Below are positions 24,915-39,209 of a stretch of DNA of 64,000 nucleotides, piece by piece. This stretch comes from Bispira polyomma (lineage: Eukaryota): the NCBI GenBank assembly GCA_965649765.1, contig OZ287760.1:6448001-6512000 (forward strand), in the 5' to 3' direction. The notes under the pieces were generated by a model. It made no database searches. It saw only the letters and a program-made list of their open reading frames with translations, and was not told where the DNA came from. Position numbers and translations under genes: made by a program. How positions within the stretch are numbered: position 1 is the stretch's first letter; every line of letters starts with the position of its first letter.

Positions 24915-25915
24915 TCATTTTTTTGATTTAATGAGTGATTTCAGAATCTGTGAATCATTTGAAAGCTGAGCAAAACAACTGACCAGACGTGCCAATGAGT
25001 TCTGGATGCATTGCAAATTCTTTGGGTCCTTTTTGGTCAAGCTGCGATACAGTGAATTGCAATAGTCCAGTCTGCTACCAACCAGAGCATTTGCTGCAGT
25101 TATTGCAACCGGTTTTGGAAGGTACCTCCTGATTCTCCTAAGGTCTCTAAGACCCATGAAGCATGACTTACACACTGATTGGATATGACTGGAAAATGAA
25201 AGATCACTGTCAAACAAAACTCCCAGGTTCCTCACTTTATCAGTTGGGGATAACAGTGTCCGAAGAATGTTTGCAGGAAAAGAATTTGACAATTCAGCAC
25301 GTTGAGTGCCCGACCCAAACAATATGAATTTGGTTTTAGCAGGATTCAGCTTGAGCTTATTTAGTGCCTTCCAATTTTGAACATCTGCTAAGCATTTCTG
25401 AAGTACTTCCAGGGCACCCATTGATGTGTTACGAGTAAGCTGCACGTAAATCTGTGTATCATCTGCATAGAAGTGATACTTCAGAGAAGAATAGGCGGAA
25501 ATAATTTTGCTTAGGGGTGTTATGTGCTGATTGGTAGGTGTTTTCTAGGCTGAATTTTTCAAGATGACTATTGAGCTGTTGGGCGACAACCCGTTCTATC
25601 AATTTTTGAGATGTAGCATAGTCCAGATACAGGTTAATAATTTTGTAAGTCGTTTTTTGGTAAGGAAGCCTTCTTTATAAGAGGAGTGACAACAGCCCTT
25701 TTCAACTTTGTTGGAAAGACACCCTGAGCTAAGGAATTGTTAACCAGTTTGGTTATTGATGGGAGAAGAATGTCCACACATTCCTTTACAAGGAAAGTGG
25801 GCCAGGGGTCAAGCATGCATGACTTATTGGGGGAACCGAACAGGATTTTTTTAACATTGTCTTCAGTAACTGAATCAAATTTACAGAAATCGCTTGGAGC
25901 CATATCAGGTAGGAC
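24915..25915 (-). mobile_element. L2/CR1 LINE RT fragment
   Basis: KSCMLDPWPT, AVVTPLIKK, YHFYADDTQIY, NKLKLNPAKT and SRLDYCNSL. Confidence 0.88.
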
Positions 25916-26530
25916 AACTGAAGTTAAAATTAAGTAGACAGTTCAAAGTAAACTTCAAGAAAACATCCTGTATGTACTCCCACATACTTCCAGGTCTTAC
26001 CTACAAATGGTAATCAAGTGGTACATAGCAAATGTTTATAAGTAATGCACTGTAATGTACAGCATCAAATATCTGCGGGAGCATCAATTCAAATTAACTG
26101 ACAACTAAAATAGTTAATGTGTTCGCACATAGAAGAGGGGGGGCAGTGGTGGCCTAGTTATTCATTCATGTTGGGAAGGTTAACTGGTAATTGCCAAAGG
26201 TTGGAGGTTTCCACTAACCACACACAGAAGAGGCCTCAGTCTTACAGAGGTAACAAATCTTTTCTCGTGCCTCAACAGCCATATACATGGTTTTAAATAT
26301 CGGGCCCGGCATGTATGTGAGAAAATTGGCAATAGACTTGCAGTTTGTAAATAATATTTAAATTTCTACGTGTACACTTAATCTTGCACTCAAAAGCAGT
26401 AAGTGACCATTTTGATCATTATACATGTGCAGTCAGTCAACAGAAGACAGAGACTTCAGGATGACGATTTATCAAAGCCAATGATGTTTTAAAAGCCCCA
26501 AACTATATCTAATATTTTTTGTAACTACAG

Positions 26531-29500
26531 CTGCCTGCCCTACTTTTTTGTGGCTGTTTTTTTTTTCAAATTGTAGTACCACAGACTTCTACGACAAATT
26601 CAAGCTCCACCCATTGATTGCCACACCAAACGACAAGGACCCACTCTATTTCAGCTTGGTACTCGCTTCAAGCAAGAAATGGAAGAGATTCACAAGTAAG
26701 TCCCCTTTCCCATGTAGCCTCCCGCTGACGACTGATGGCCAGTAGACAATACTGATTCTCTTTTTATAATCTTCTCCAATCTAAAGGTCTTTCCACATGA
26801 CCAATCCGGTGCCCAACAGTAATGCCATTTGGTTACCGTTCAGCTTTGACTCTTCGCTTGTTATAAAATCAATATAAACTTCACAGGAGTTTCCACATCC
26901 CGATAAACCGTTTGCATATTGATAGGTCTTTACTTTGTATAAAATATCCTTAAAAACGGCAATATTGAAAAGAAACACAGAAAAGGATGCCGGAAATCAG
27001 CCACCTGCAAGATGTGCTCTGCTATAATGTATCGTACATTAAGACCAATAAGACAAGGTTACTAGGGGATTTGAAACTAGAACCCCTAGACCATAAGGCC
27101 CCAACTCTACCAGGTGAAATTATACCATAAATACATACCAGCTAAGCTTTTAGGCTCTCTTATAATAATGTCTTTGCCCCTCGTCACATAAACACAATGT
27201 CACTACTGGATCCTATGGATCTTATGATACAGAACTTCTCTTTTCTTTCTATTGATATGTAATTTGTTAAATGTATAAAGTTGTATGTTTACTAATACAT
27301 GTAAATATATAAAATTTATGAACATCATCCCTTTATATAGATCAATTGTGTAATATAATTTCCTATACCATGTGATGTGCTAATAACTCTTTTTTTTGTG
27401 AAAACTTCTAGTTGAAATGGTTGTACAATTTTACTATTGTAATTTATTTTGTGACAATGCTTTGTGAAAGTTTAATTTTCTTGATCCAGTAATGTAACAT
27501 TGCTGATGTAAACTTTAAAACATTTCAAAACATACAAATTGCCAACAGTGCCATTTACAACTTTCATATATGGTTTTGGAAGAATGCTTAAGATATCAGT
27601 TGATCTATAAATTTAGCATAGTTACTAATACAGCTTTCAACAGTTGTTTTTTCAGGTTATCTATCCTGCTTTACCCAGGCTTCAGTTGAAGTGGATAGGA
27701 CTACAGACACAACTGATACACAATTCCACCCAAAACTTATTGGAGATTTCAGCACAAGGGAGTTAATGATGGAATTCAACACCTGGAAACCAAACAAATC
27801 TATGACCTATGACCTCATCAAACACTTATTGCCTTGTAGTAAATTAATTGTACTAATCAGAGACCCCGTAGAGAGGCTGTACTCCGATTTTATATACTTC
27901 TTAAAAAGAGAAACAGAATTCGGCCAAAGCATTCCATGACCATGTGATAAAATCTCTGCATTGGTGGAAGAACTTCACCAGTGTTAGACATCAATCAATG
28001 TATGTCTGAAACTCTTTTTTTTTTTTCTTTTTTTTTTATTGTATTTTTTTTCACACAAAGACATACAAACAATACAAGATTACAATATACACAATATACA
28101 TAAAACATAATGTGTGGTAAGTATTAACATCATAATAGTATCCTAACTCTTTAGTTGTTAATTTTTCCCTACTATATGAACCTGTACTTACATCTGTCGC
28201 AAAATTAATTTAATTTGTTTCTGTATTTCACTATCAACTGCTTTTAAAATGGTACCCAAACTAATTGTAGTTTGGTAAATTTGCAATTTTCCTTTCATCA
28301 TCAGTAAAAAATCAGAGAGCAGTGGTGTTTTTTCTTCCGTTCATGATTTATTCAAAATCCATTTGCCTAGCAATAGCATAATATTTTGGATGTGATTAAG
28401 TACACTCCGTTTCCCTTCATTAATATCTATTCCAAACAAGATTTCACATACTGTGTCTGTTATTTATATGTAACACCTTGTGTATCCACTTTTGAATTTC
28501 TTTCCAGAAGTTGTTACTTTGACTACAAAAATATAAATGATGATCTATTGTGTCTGTTAATCCACAGTAATTACAATTTGGTGTATTTTTTTACTTTCCA
28601 CTTATGTAAGTTATAATTACAGTTAAGCACTCTATTTCTAATTTTGTATTGGAATGTCTGTAGGTAAGGTTCCATCCCAGTTAGATGTGATAATTTAAAA
28701 ATTTTGTACCATGGAGCAGTTTCAAGAAATGGGTAGGTTTCAATCCATTTTTACACTGATGTTGGTGCTTGCAATTTTTTGTTGATAACTACCCAATATA
28801 GGACCTTGTTCTTTACTTTAGTCAAGTCAACTAATTTGCCCTTCACAAAAATTTTTACTTCCCTACTTTTTGTTGAACATGAAACCTGTGTGTTTTTTAT
28901 TTTTTTTTTTTTCCCATAGTTTCGGTATGGCACTCATAATCTTATTATAACTCAATGTATCTATTTTCAAACCAGACTTCTCAATAAATTCGTCTCTTTG
29001 TAATATCTAACCTTGATAGTTTGTTATATCTGCCAAAACTAAATTTTTTGTATGAGTTTCCAATAATTTTAGCTCTTTTGCTTGTATAGGTTTATCTTTT
29101 ATACATATATATTTATTGTCAAATATAAATTCATTATAAATTTCATTTGTAGTGTTTGGAGGAACAGCATGAAATTCTAACCAGCAATCAATAACTTGTT
29201 TATGGAAGGGTTTTCATCCCTTTTCTCTGTAAAAGGCTGGCCTTTTTCCTTGTGGGTCTGATTTTCTAACTATTTTTTTAATCCATTTAATTTTTGAGGT
29301 TAAGTGTAAGCCATAAATATCCAGCAATTTGAGACCCCCCATTGAATATGTGGCAATTATGGTACTTCTTTTAACTTTGGCTTTTTTATTGTCCCATTTA
29401 TTGTCAAATAACATCTTATCTATTTTTTACTTGTGGCAAGACTAATGACTTAATTATTAAAATTTTGCCTTTCCATGACAGTTTTCGACTTCTCCAAATA

Positions 29501-32500
29501 TTCAAGATTGTTTCCATTGTTTTCAGCTTTGTATCATAGTTCAAATGTCTGGATAATTTTAGATTTGTTGAAAACCATATTCCCAATGTTTTAAAACTGT
29601 TTTGATTGATACTGATTTTGTCTATAGTTTTTGGTAATGTTATACTTTTAAATTTACATGTACCAACAGGAATTGCCTCGGTTTTTTCCATATTGACTTT
29701 TAGACCAGAACAGTACTCAAATTTATGTAAAAGTGATATTAATTGAACAATGGATTCAATGTTATTTACAAATATTGTTGTATCATCAGCTAGTTGACAT
29801 ATTTTTTATACTCTCTTTTCTATCTTTATACCTACTATATTCTGATTATTTCTGGTTATTTCTAATTTCTGCAACCAATATAAAGAGGAACGCTGATATT
29901 GAACACCCTTGTCTTATACCTCTACTTAACTCAAAAGTAGTTTGAAAAATAGCCATTATTACCAACACAGGATTGTATTTTTGTATATAGTATTTTCATC
30001 CATTGCAAAAAACTTGACCCAAAATGAAAAGATTTTAATGTTCTGAAAAGGAATGGCCATTTTACACTGTCAAAAGCTTTTTCAAAGTCAACAAGAATAA
30101 ATACCCAGGTATACGTTTCAAATCTGTGAAAGACATAACATCTTCATTAAGTCTGACATTTTCTCCTATATATCTATCTTTAATATATCCTACCTGATCA
30201 TTTTGAACTAACTTTGGTGATATTGTTTGTAATCTATTGGCTAAAGCTTTTGTTAATATTTTGTAGTCTGTATTTAACAGATTTACTGGCCTCCAGTTTT
30301 TCAAAAAGTGTAAATCTTTATTTGGTTTAGCTATAAGATTTAATATACCTCTCTTTTGATCATTTGTCAATGAACCGGTATCAGAAGAATATTTATAACT
30401 GTCAAATAGTAAATATTTAATATCTGGCCAGAAAAATTTATAAAAATTTGATGTGAAGCAGTCACTTCCAGGAGATTTGTCATTTTTTAATTGATTCAAT
30501 GCCTTTCCAATTTCTTCAATGGTCAACTGTTTATCACATGCTTTCTGCTCTAGTTCATTTAACTGTGGTATATTGTTTTCATTTAAGAATTCTTTGTAAC
30601 TTTCCTGTTCATCTGTAACCTTTTTGGAATATAAATTATGATAACATTGTTTTTGTTCTTCTAAAATTTTATCTGGTTCTATAATTTCTGATGAATCATT
30701 TAATATCAATTTTTTAATATATTTCTGATTGAAATTTCTTTTTTCTAAATTTAAAAAGTACTTTGTGTTCTTTTCGCCCTTTTCTGCCCATTGTACTTTT
30801 GATCTAAACATTACCCCTTCTGCTTTTAGATTTTCTAACTGTTCCCATTCACTTTTTGCTTTCTTATATTCATTGAGATTCTCATGGTTATCTCTTAAAT
30901 TTCTTTCGAAAATATCTAATTTTTTTATCAAATCTTTTTCTCTTTCTTTGTTCCTTCTTGCCTTAGATATACTATAAGATATTGTGATTGTCCTTATCTG
31001 GCATTTTGTAAAATCCCATAGGGTGTTCTTGTTTTGCAAACTATTATTTAGTTTTGATTTCTTCTATTTCTTTTTTAATTAAAGCTATATAAATTTCATC
31101 CTCTAATAGTTTATTATTAAACTTCGAATACCCTTATTTGGTATTAGAATTGCTACCCCTCTACTTTGGCTAGTGCCATGTGAAAAATATATATCTCTGG
31201 TCTGTATGGTCTTTTGTTGGTGCATATATATTGACCAATAATAAAGGATGTCCATCAACTGTACAATCTATGATAATGCTCCTACCTTCCTCGTCAGAAA
31301 TAACGTTGAATACTTTCACTATATCACTGATTTTATTTGGTATTAGAATTGCTACCCCTCTACTTTGGCTAGTGCCATGTGAAAAATATATATCTCCTTC
31401 CCACTCAGAAGCCCATTTACCTTCATCAGATAACAGAGAATGTGTCTCTTGTAACATTGCTACACCACTGTTTCTAGATTTGAACCAATTGAACATGGTA
31501 TGTCTTTTATTTGCATCCCTTGGCCCCCTGCAATTAAAGGAGTTGATAGATATTTTATCATTAAGTAAGCTCATTTTTAATAATATACGGCTCAGTGCAT
31601 TTCATTAGATAAAGTACAGGTTGTATCATCAGAACAGTAATATTATAAACTAGACAATGTATAGGTATACGACTTTTTGGCACCACAGACACATTTTTTT
31701 CTAATTTCAATTATCTTATTTCCATCAGAACAATGGCATTTTTTTTTTTTTTTTTTTTTTTGGGGGTGGGGGTGGGGGGGGGGGGGTCCTTACTATTAGT
31801 ATTTTACTTCTAATTATAGTGAGCTGTGAACCAAAGTCAACAAATTATTTTATACATATTCACGTTTCAGTTTAACTACAAATCTACAAGTCTTTGAACT
31901 TAGTATTTTACTTCTAATTATAGTGAATTATAGTGAGCTGTGAACTGTGAACCAAAGTCAACAAATTATTTTTTACATATTCACGTTTCAGTTTAACTAC
32001 AAATCTACACATTATAAATTATAATAGTTATTTAAATACTACTTTGTCTTCATGACTCACAGTAAACACATTAAAAGTTTGTTTACTTCTGCTTTGAATT
32101 AGTATTATGTTTTGTATCCGTATCTTACAAACTTTTACTGATTTTCAGAAAGCTGGCATTTATGCTTGTATACATAGACACCATAGTTATTTTCGATAGG
32201 CTTTTTACATGTTTTGCTATAGCTATATTGCTGCGGGGTGCAAATTGGTGTCTACATATGTATTTGGCCTGAAGCAATATATTTTTATATTCTATATTAA
32301 TGATATACAGTAGTTACCAAGACTTTGTTTTTTTTTACTATAACTATGCTATATTAGGTATATTTAACCCATTAGACTAAGTATAAAAAAGACCTCAACC
32401 ATCTAGTATATTTATCAATGCTAGCACAATTATATATTATCAGTACATATGACTTATGTAAATGTCTGGTGTTTTGACAGTTGTAAATATTCCTAGTTTA

Positions 32501-33068
32501 TTTGTCTCTTTTTCTTGCGTTAAATTATTTTAAAGTTAAAAATGGTACAGTGATAAAGTTACTTTCCTGTTTTCAGTATGTCTCTAACTACTATGAGTCC
32601 TTTCCCCATTAGGTTTTCTCCCTTCCAGCACTTTTCATGTCTGAAACTCCACAGCTATAGGGACTTAATCCTTTGTTCCAGGGTGATTTCAACCGGTACT
32701 GGTTACCACAACATATCCGCCCAAACTTTCGAATTGGATTTTAGTCCTACATATTGCAGGACTGGATGGAGCATTTTGGTAAAGACTCCTTTCTTATTCT
32801 AACTATAGAGAACTTTTCTAAAGACCCTGTGGATGTTATACAGAACCGGTGCTACCTTTTCTGGACTTACCCGCTATGGATGATGCGCTGGTGAAGGCCA
32901 TACCGGATACGAAACGATCCTATCCTTTTGATAGTGCTCCATCTGGAAATGTGAGGAAGACATTTGAAGACCAGGATATAGTGACCCCAATGCTACCAGA
33001 GACAAGAGAGGCTTTGAAAGAGTTGTACTGAGACAGTAATAGTAAATTTACACATCTGCAAAAATAGC
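26531..33068 (+). pseudogene. Carbohydrate sulfotransferase 15-like pseudogene interrupted by L1/Tx1
   Basis: Exon 26531-26695 has CLPYFFVA..CSTTDFY..LHP (5'-PSB, frameshifted). Exon from 27656 has KLIVLIRDPVERLYSDF (3'-PB). It resumes at 32650 with DWMEHF..FLDL..PMLPETREALKELY. Several stops and frameshifts. Confidence 0.85.
28015..32636 (-). mobile_element. L1/Tx1-clade LINE, 5'-truncated and degenerate, with 13-bp TSD
   Basis: Poly(T) at 28015; APE endonuclease (SFNCRG, LQETH, NIYAP) and RT (KSPGSD, NWRPVNLLNTDYKI). TSD ATGTCTGAAACTC at 28002-28014 and 32637-32649. Confidence 0.93.
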
Positions 33069-33299
33069 ATTACATATAGCAGTTTTCTTGAATTATATGG
33101 TAAAAAATATATCCAGGAAAACTTTAGAGCTTTAATTCCCAAAATTTGCTTTTATTCTTTGGTGCTGGATAAATTATTCTTTCAATGTTGTATCCCTTAT
33201 TCCTGATGGAAGAGCATATAAGTTCTTCATATGAAAAACAAATATTAAGGGCACTCTAGGGCACTCAAGGGATTCTAGGGCACATGTTATATGTCCATA

Positions 33300-34160
33300 T
33301 TCAAGTCTTGTAATGTCCATTTCCAATAGGTAGTCGTACCCAAGGAAAAGCCGGAATGAATATGTAACTAGGGAGTGAAAGCCTTGGCAAACAAGTATGT
33401 TTTAAGTTTGCATCTAAAGAATGACAAGTTAGGAGCCGCACAAATTTGTTGCCACAAAACTGTGATCAAAATGAGTTTTGGATTTGTGAATTAAAGAGGA
33501 GTAGACTGGAACCTGAAGGAAACCCTTATCAGGATTACTGTTTTTTGTACAAGCTTGACATAAGACAAATATGGACTGAAATAACATGAGAGTAGTGTGT
33601 GTAATAATGCATGGACTAAATAGGCAGTTTGGAACATAACCTGATATATAATGGGCAACCAGTGAAGACTTTTGAGAACGGGTGTTATATATCAGAATTT
33701 AGCGGTGTTGGCTAGTGTATTTCGTATGTATTGGAGTCTAATAAAATCTTTTTGACTTTAAACTACCAAACAAGGAGTCACAGTAGTCTAGCCTACTGCT
33801 GACAAGAGCATTAGCGACCATGGTAGCAGTACTCTCCTGGTTAGATGCCTTCTGATCCTCTCAAGATCCCTGATGTTGACCAAATACGATCTGTGTATAG
33901 TCTCAACATGTTTACTGAAGGGAAATTCAGAATCAAACAGAACACCCAAATTTTTAACAACATTTATTGGAATGGAAATTTTCCTTGTTCGGTTTTTAAG
34001 CCGAATAGAATAAATCCTGTCTTATAGGGATTCAGCTTTCATTTGTTGGAGGACATCCAATCCAAAAAGACACTGTTTCAAACTATCAAAGGCCACACAG
34101 GTGACATCTGAGGACAGATGGATGTATAATTATGTATAATCGGCATCAAAATAGTGGTAC
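33300..34160 (-). mobile_element. L2/CR1 LINE 3' fragment
   Basis: Minus-strand remnants resembling DDTQLYI, LKLNP, SRLDYCDSL and LKSLHWLP. Confidence 0.7.
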
Positions 34161-37100
34161 AATAATACACTTGACTTTCATGTTAATTAAATTAGGACTG
34201 CCCTAAAACCAACACAATATTTGGCTATTAAAATAAACAACAATCATATTGGAAGGTCTTGTGGCTTCAAACAAGAAGTTAATATCCCAACCTATCTTTA
34301 TGGTCATACACTAAAGTGACATTAAAAAATATTTGTCATGTTCGAAACAAAGTTATTGTACCACCATCTCCTGTTCTATTGACAATCGTATCACATCCTC
34401 TGTTTATTGGTTTGAGGCAGTCACATAAAATTCATAATGGGGGGATTTATTTATTATTTGACAAGTTTGTATAGCACCAGATTGACATACATCCTCTCAT
34501 GTATTTACTGAATGGAAACGAAAATGTTGTGAAAAGTGTTGTGAAAGTGTCCTGTAGGGGATCGAAATGGTGATGGGGAGGCCAGTATGAAAACAAGCTG
34601 TTCATAATAATGAGCCAATTTTGTACTTTCATCTGACAAGGAAATTTATACCTGGAATGTATTCTTCAATGTTACAAGAAATTCAAACAAAAATACACAA
34701 CAAATTATATTTGTTTTTATATGATTTAGAAACCATTTTTTTTTTTTCAAAAACAGTGAATAGTTAACAATTTCTGTTATAGGATCATTTCCATCTGGCA
34801 TACCAAAAATAACTTCTTATGGAGTTAAACTGAATTTAACTGATCTGAGTTACTCCAAATTAAAGAAACAACAGCAAACAAGGACTCTCCAAAACTCTGG
34901 AGATGTTTAAATGATGTCCTTCATAGGTTTTTAGTGAAGTTACTATCATCACTAAGTCCTGTTTGAACACTACCAAACAGTTTGGTTGAAATTTTGCACC
35001 AATAAAATTGTCCAAATTTGCGCCACATTCTCCACTTTAACCGTTTTCTCTTCTGTATCTGAATAAAGAAGTTTATAATATTGTAAAGAAATCAGTGGTG
35101 AAGTCCATAATGATCCATACTCTGTACTGAAGTATGACTATTACCAGTGCAGCTATCATTGTATGTAGTATCATTATTAATATTTTTGATTCTAAGAGAA
35201 AACTATTGCCGCAAACTGGAGAAAATATTTGTCGGTAATAAGCTACATATAACTGCAGTCACTAAAACACTCCACAGACTACTTCCGGCATTCAATAATA
35301 GCCTTAAATATAATTTTTTTAATGACAATTTCCCATTGCAAGGAACTGAAGGAACTTAAATTAATATTTTGGGGTGTCAACTTAAGTTCTGGAAGTCACA
35401 AATACTGTTGGCTTTCAGTTGTTTGGTTCTAATTGCTACACAGACGGCTGTGTCTTTTCTGGGGTAAAGACTCCTGGAACTTGAATAAATTTAGCACACA
35501 TCAACTTACTCCAGTGTAAACAAAACTGCTCATTAAAACATTTGGTCAATAAATATTTGATGACAACATACAGCTGATTTAGACAGTTCTAAACACAATT
35601 GTTGCCTTCTAAAAATAATACAAATGTAGGTAACATTATTGGTCAGGACAATGATTTCACTGTATCTAACATTTATGTTTTATCATTTTAAGATAACGTA
35701 ATCTATACTTATATCTTTCTACATTGGTTTCCTAATGATAATATAACACGTTCCCATTGATTTAACTACACATTTAATTGCTTTTAATTGTTGGCAAGAA
35801 CCTTCAACGATGTGATCTTCTCATACATTTTTATATAACGTAAATGCAGCACTTGATCAATGATATAAGAGAATTTATTAGCTGTTTCTTCTTTCAAAAC
35901 CAAGTACATTTTAATTGGACATTCAGAGAATTGCTACATGTATATTTAAGCTATATGTCACTGTCTCTGACCTTACACTTGGCAAAAACTGTCAACGATC
36001 TGATCTTCTCATACATATAAACGAAAGGTCATAAAATGATGAAAATTAATCAGATATTACCTTAATTATACACAGATATTCTTTAATAAATATATATATT
36101 TTTTTGTCTTGTCCTGTTTTGATCTAATACACATAAACATAAGATGAATATAACCAAACAAGCATCTGGAAAAATTCAGTGGCACAAACTCATTTCAGCA
36201 CAACTCTGAACTTCTGTGTACACTGTTGCTGTAACGTCACTTGCATGTGACGGAAAAAAAAGAGTGTTTCAAAAATACAAGCACTATGAAATAGTATTAC
36301 ATACAAAACCTAATTTTTAGAATAGTAAAAGTTTGTATTCGAAGCAAATTATTTAAGGTGACTAGTCAGTTCCTTGTGTTTTATTTTGTGTAGATTTTTT
36401 CTGACTATTTGTCTTTAATCTTGACCTATATCAGTATAATAATTATATTTTCAAGTTGCTAATGAAAATAAAACAACCGTAGTGCTGCATGTGTTTAATT
36501 GTATCACTTGAAAAGAGAAATCACATCATCCCCATCCTACAGACACCAATGTTATTGAGTTCCTTCTCTGGTGATCAAATTTAACACCTGTATGGTCCTA
36601 GACTGGTTCATAAGTCTTTGTATTTTATCCATATCCACCATGCAGGAGGTCATTATGATTCCACTATTAGAATTGGGCAAGTCTTTTGTGTGCAAATAAA
36701 GTTTTCTCAACACCAGTATCTATTTTCAAAGTCATACTGCCCTCATATAATGCTAATGCTTGAGAGAAAAGGACTTGAAGAAAGTCTGGTATGGTCCTGG
36801 TTTAAATCTTGGCCAGGGTTTAAAGTGTGAAAGTTTGAAGTTACCTGTCGATGGTCGGTGGTATACAGTGTAGAATCTTGAAAAAAAACTAGTAGTAGCC
36901 TTAAGTGTGATTTCAATGCATGACAGTTTATATCACAACCAAAAATTAGCCTAATAATTTCAATAATTAAGATTTTTTACAGATTTGAGTTATTTATGTA
37001 CAACTTCATTAGGTTTTGATGTCATATTATTACACCGAATTCACCTTCACATAGACTTGCTTACAAGTCTTTACTGTTGGTAAAACACTGAATGACTGCA

Positions 37101-39209
37101 TTATACAAGTTCCCATCCTGTTCAAAAAGAGTCAGCACTAGTGTTTTATAACTGCCAGCTTCTTATTTCAATCCCAAATGTCTTCAATCCACAAAGGGCT
37201 ATAGTTAAAAAAATCATAATGCCCTCATTAAAGGACCTTGCACAAGGTCTACCTTCACAGGGCATGTAAGCTAAACGTTGTAAATTTAGCCTAACATGGC
37301 CGACAGGGTTGTTTTAATGATTGTGATTTCGTTTTTATTTATATTAATTGATCTGTACTTTGTTGGCACCAAATAAGACAAGATCGGCAACTATATCATA
37401 TATAAGGAATGAGGGGATGTATTTATGTTTACCAGATTTTATCTCTATATATGCCGATTATGACTTACAATGTTTAGCTTATGGAGGCCGTTCTGTCCCT
37501 TTTCATGGTTCAGTCGTCCAAATATCACCAAGGAATCTCGCTAAATAGGGACAGATTATTCGGTCTATTCATGCTAATGAACACTGTATTAATGAGGTCA
37601 AATAACTAAGAACTTTTCAAAAAATTTTATTTTAGATGCTGGATGCATATGCTTATTCAACAGCCTGTGTATTATAAATAGTGTTATATATATTCATTGA
37701 CAAAACATTTTATACAGTGTAAAGTATATTTCAAAGATACATATAAGTAGCTAAATCATTAAGGGTAGTATAAAACAACAAGAGGCAACATGCATGCATC
37801 CCAAAGAATGTATAAAAAATACAGATAATTCATATAAAGTACACTCATTTATAACATAGATTACTCCCAAAACAATTAATTAGCAGTAATTTCAAGGACA
37901 GAACAAGGAGAGATGATAGATATTTTGCAATGTAATAAGTACAAACTCAAATGTAAGAATATTTTATGCTAATGCACTGCATTAATAGGTCAAGACATAA
38001 AACAGTCTTAAAATAATGTAATTTTTCAAGTTAGATGTTTATCCATGTTCAAAACCCTATGTCTCATGAATAGTTTACTATACTAATTTAAAACATTTTA
38101 TTCAGTGAAAAATATATTTCAAAGATAAATATGAATATTGAAATCACAACAGGTAATTTAAAACAATAATGAGAACATGGACACTTGTAATGATTCAGAG
38201 AGAGAAATATGTGCATTTTATAATGATATCAGTTCCTTAGAGAAATAATAAATTTCCAAGTTATCCATTAAAATACCAGGAGATAATTCAAAAGACACTC
38301 ATTTGAAACAAAGATTTCCAAAATGTATTTGCGTGCATATTTTTATACTACTGACAATTTCTGAAATCTGAAGAATTTAATTAAACATTTGAAACAGATT
38401 AATTAGAAATAGAAGTAAGTAATTGGTTTTGAAATGGGTGCGTGACAAACAGTTTGGGGCCCACTGTATAGTAGTTATCCGAATCGTAGATTAAGTGGTG
38501 TGTGTACAGAGTATAATGGATCAGTTCGAGAATAAAGGTATGAGAGTCTGTATTATGAAATAGTGGCCAATATTATTACAGACACTTAGTGACATTGATC
38601 TTCAGTATAAAAGCACAAAAAGTGGCAATTGTGACAAATTAAGAGAAACCACAGGTTTTGATCATTCAACTGAGAATAGTTGGTGGGCCATATCTTGTAA
38701 TATGCTTAATGTAGTTCTCGCAGTAATGAATTATTTTAAGAAGGGGCATGTAACAATACTATGTAACCAACCCACTGTAACTATAGTTGTACTGAGTTGC
38801 TGGATTCGTTTGAGAATAAAGTTATGAGCTAGAGTTTCTCCTCTGTGTTATGAAATACTACACAATATTAATGCATTCACATTGTGATATTAAGTCTAAA
38901 TACCTGGGAATTGTGACAAAGTATGAAAAACAAAAGATGTTGATAATACAATTGATAATAGTTACAATATCTTGTGCAATATTTTGTAATAGATATGATG
39001 TAGTTTTGGTGTTTCCTGCTGATAATCAATTTCAGTTCACAATTTCGTCTTACAACAATTATCTTTGAATAGAATAACATATCCACTTAGATATGTATAC
39101 TTCAAAAGGTATGTATCTAAAACACTCTATTTTGACAATTTTCAATAGTTGGGAAAACAAAAACACTATTCTTTAAGCAATTTATATTTCAGGAAATACT
39201 GTATTGAAA

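Noticed and set aside
34200-39150. Short ORFs in AT-rich DNA
   Set aside because: No motifs or convincing splice-linked frames; treated as intergenic or intronic.
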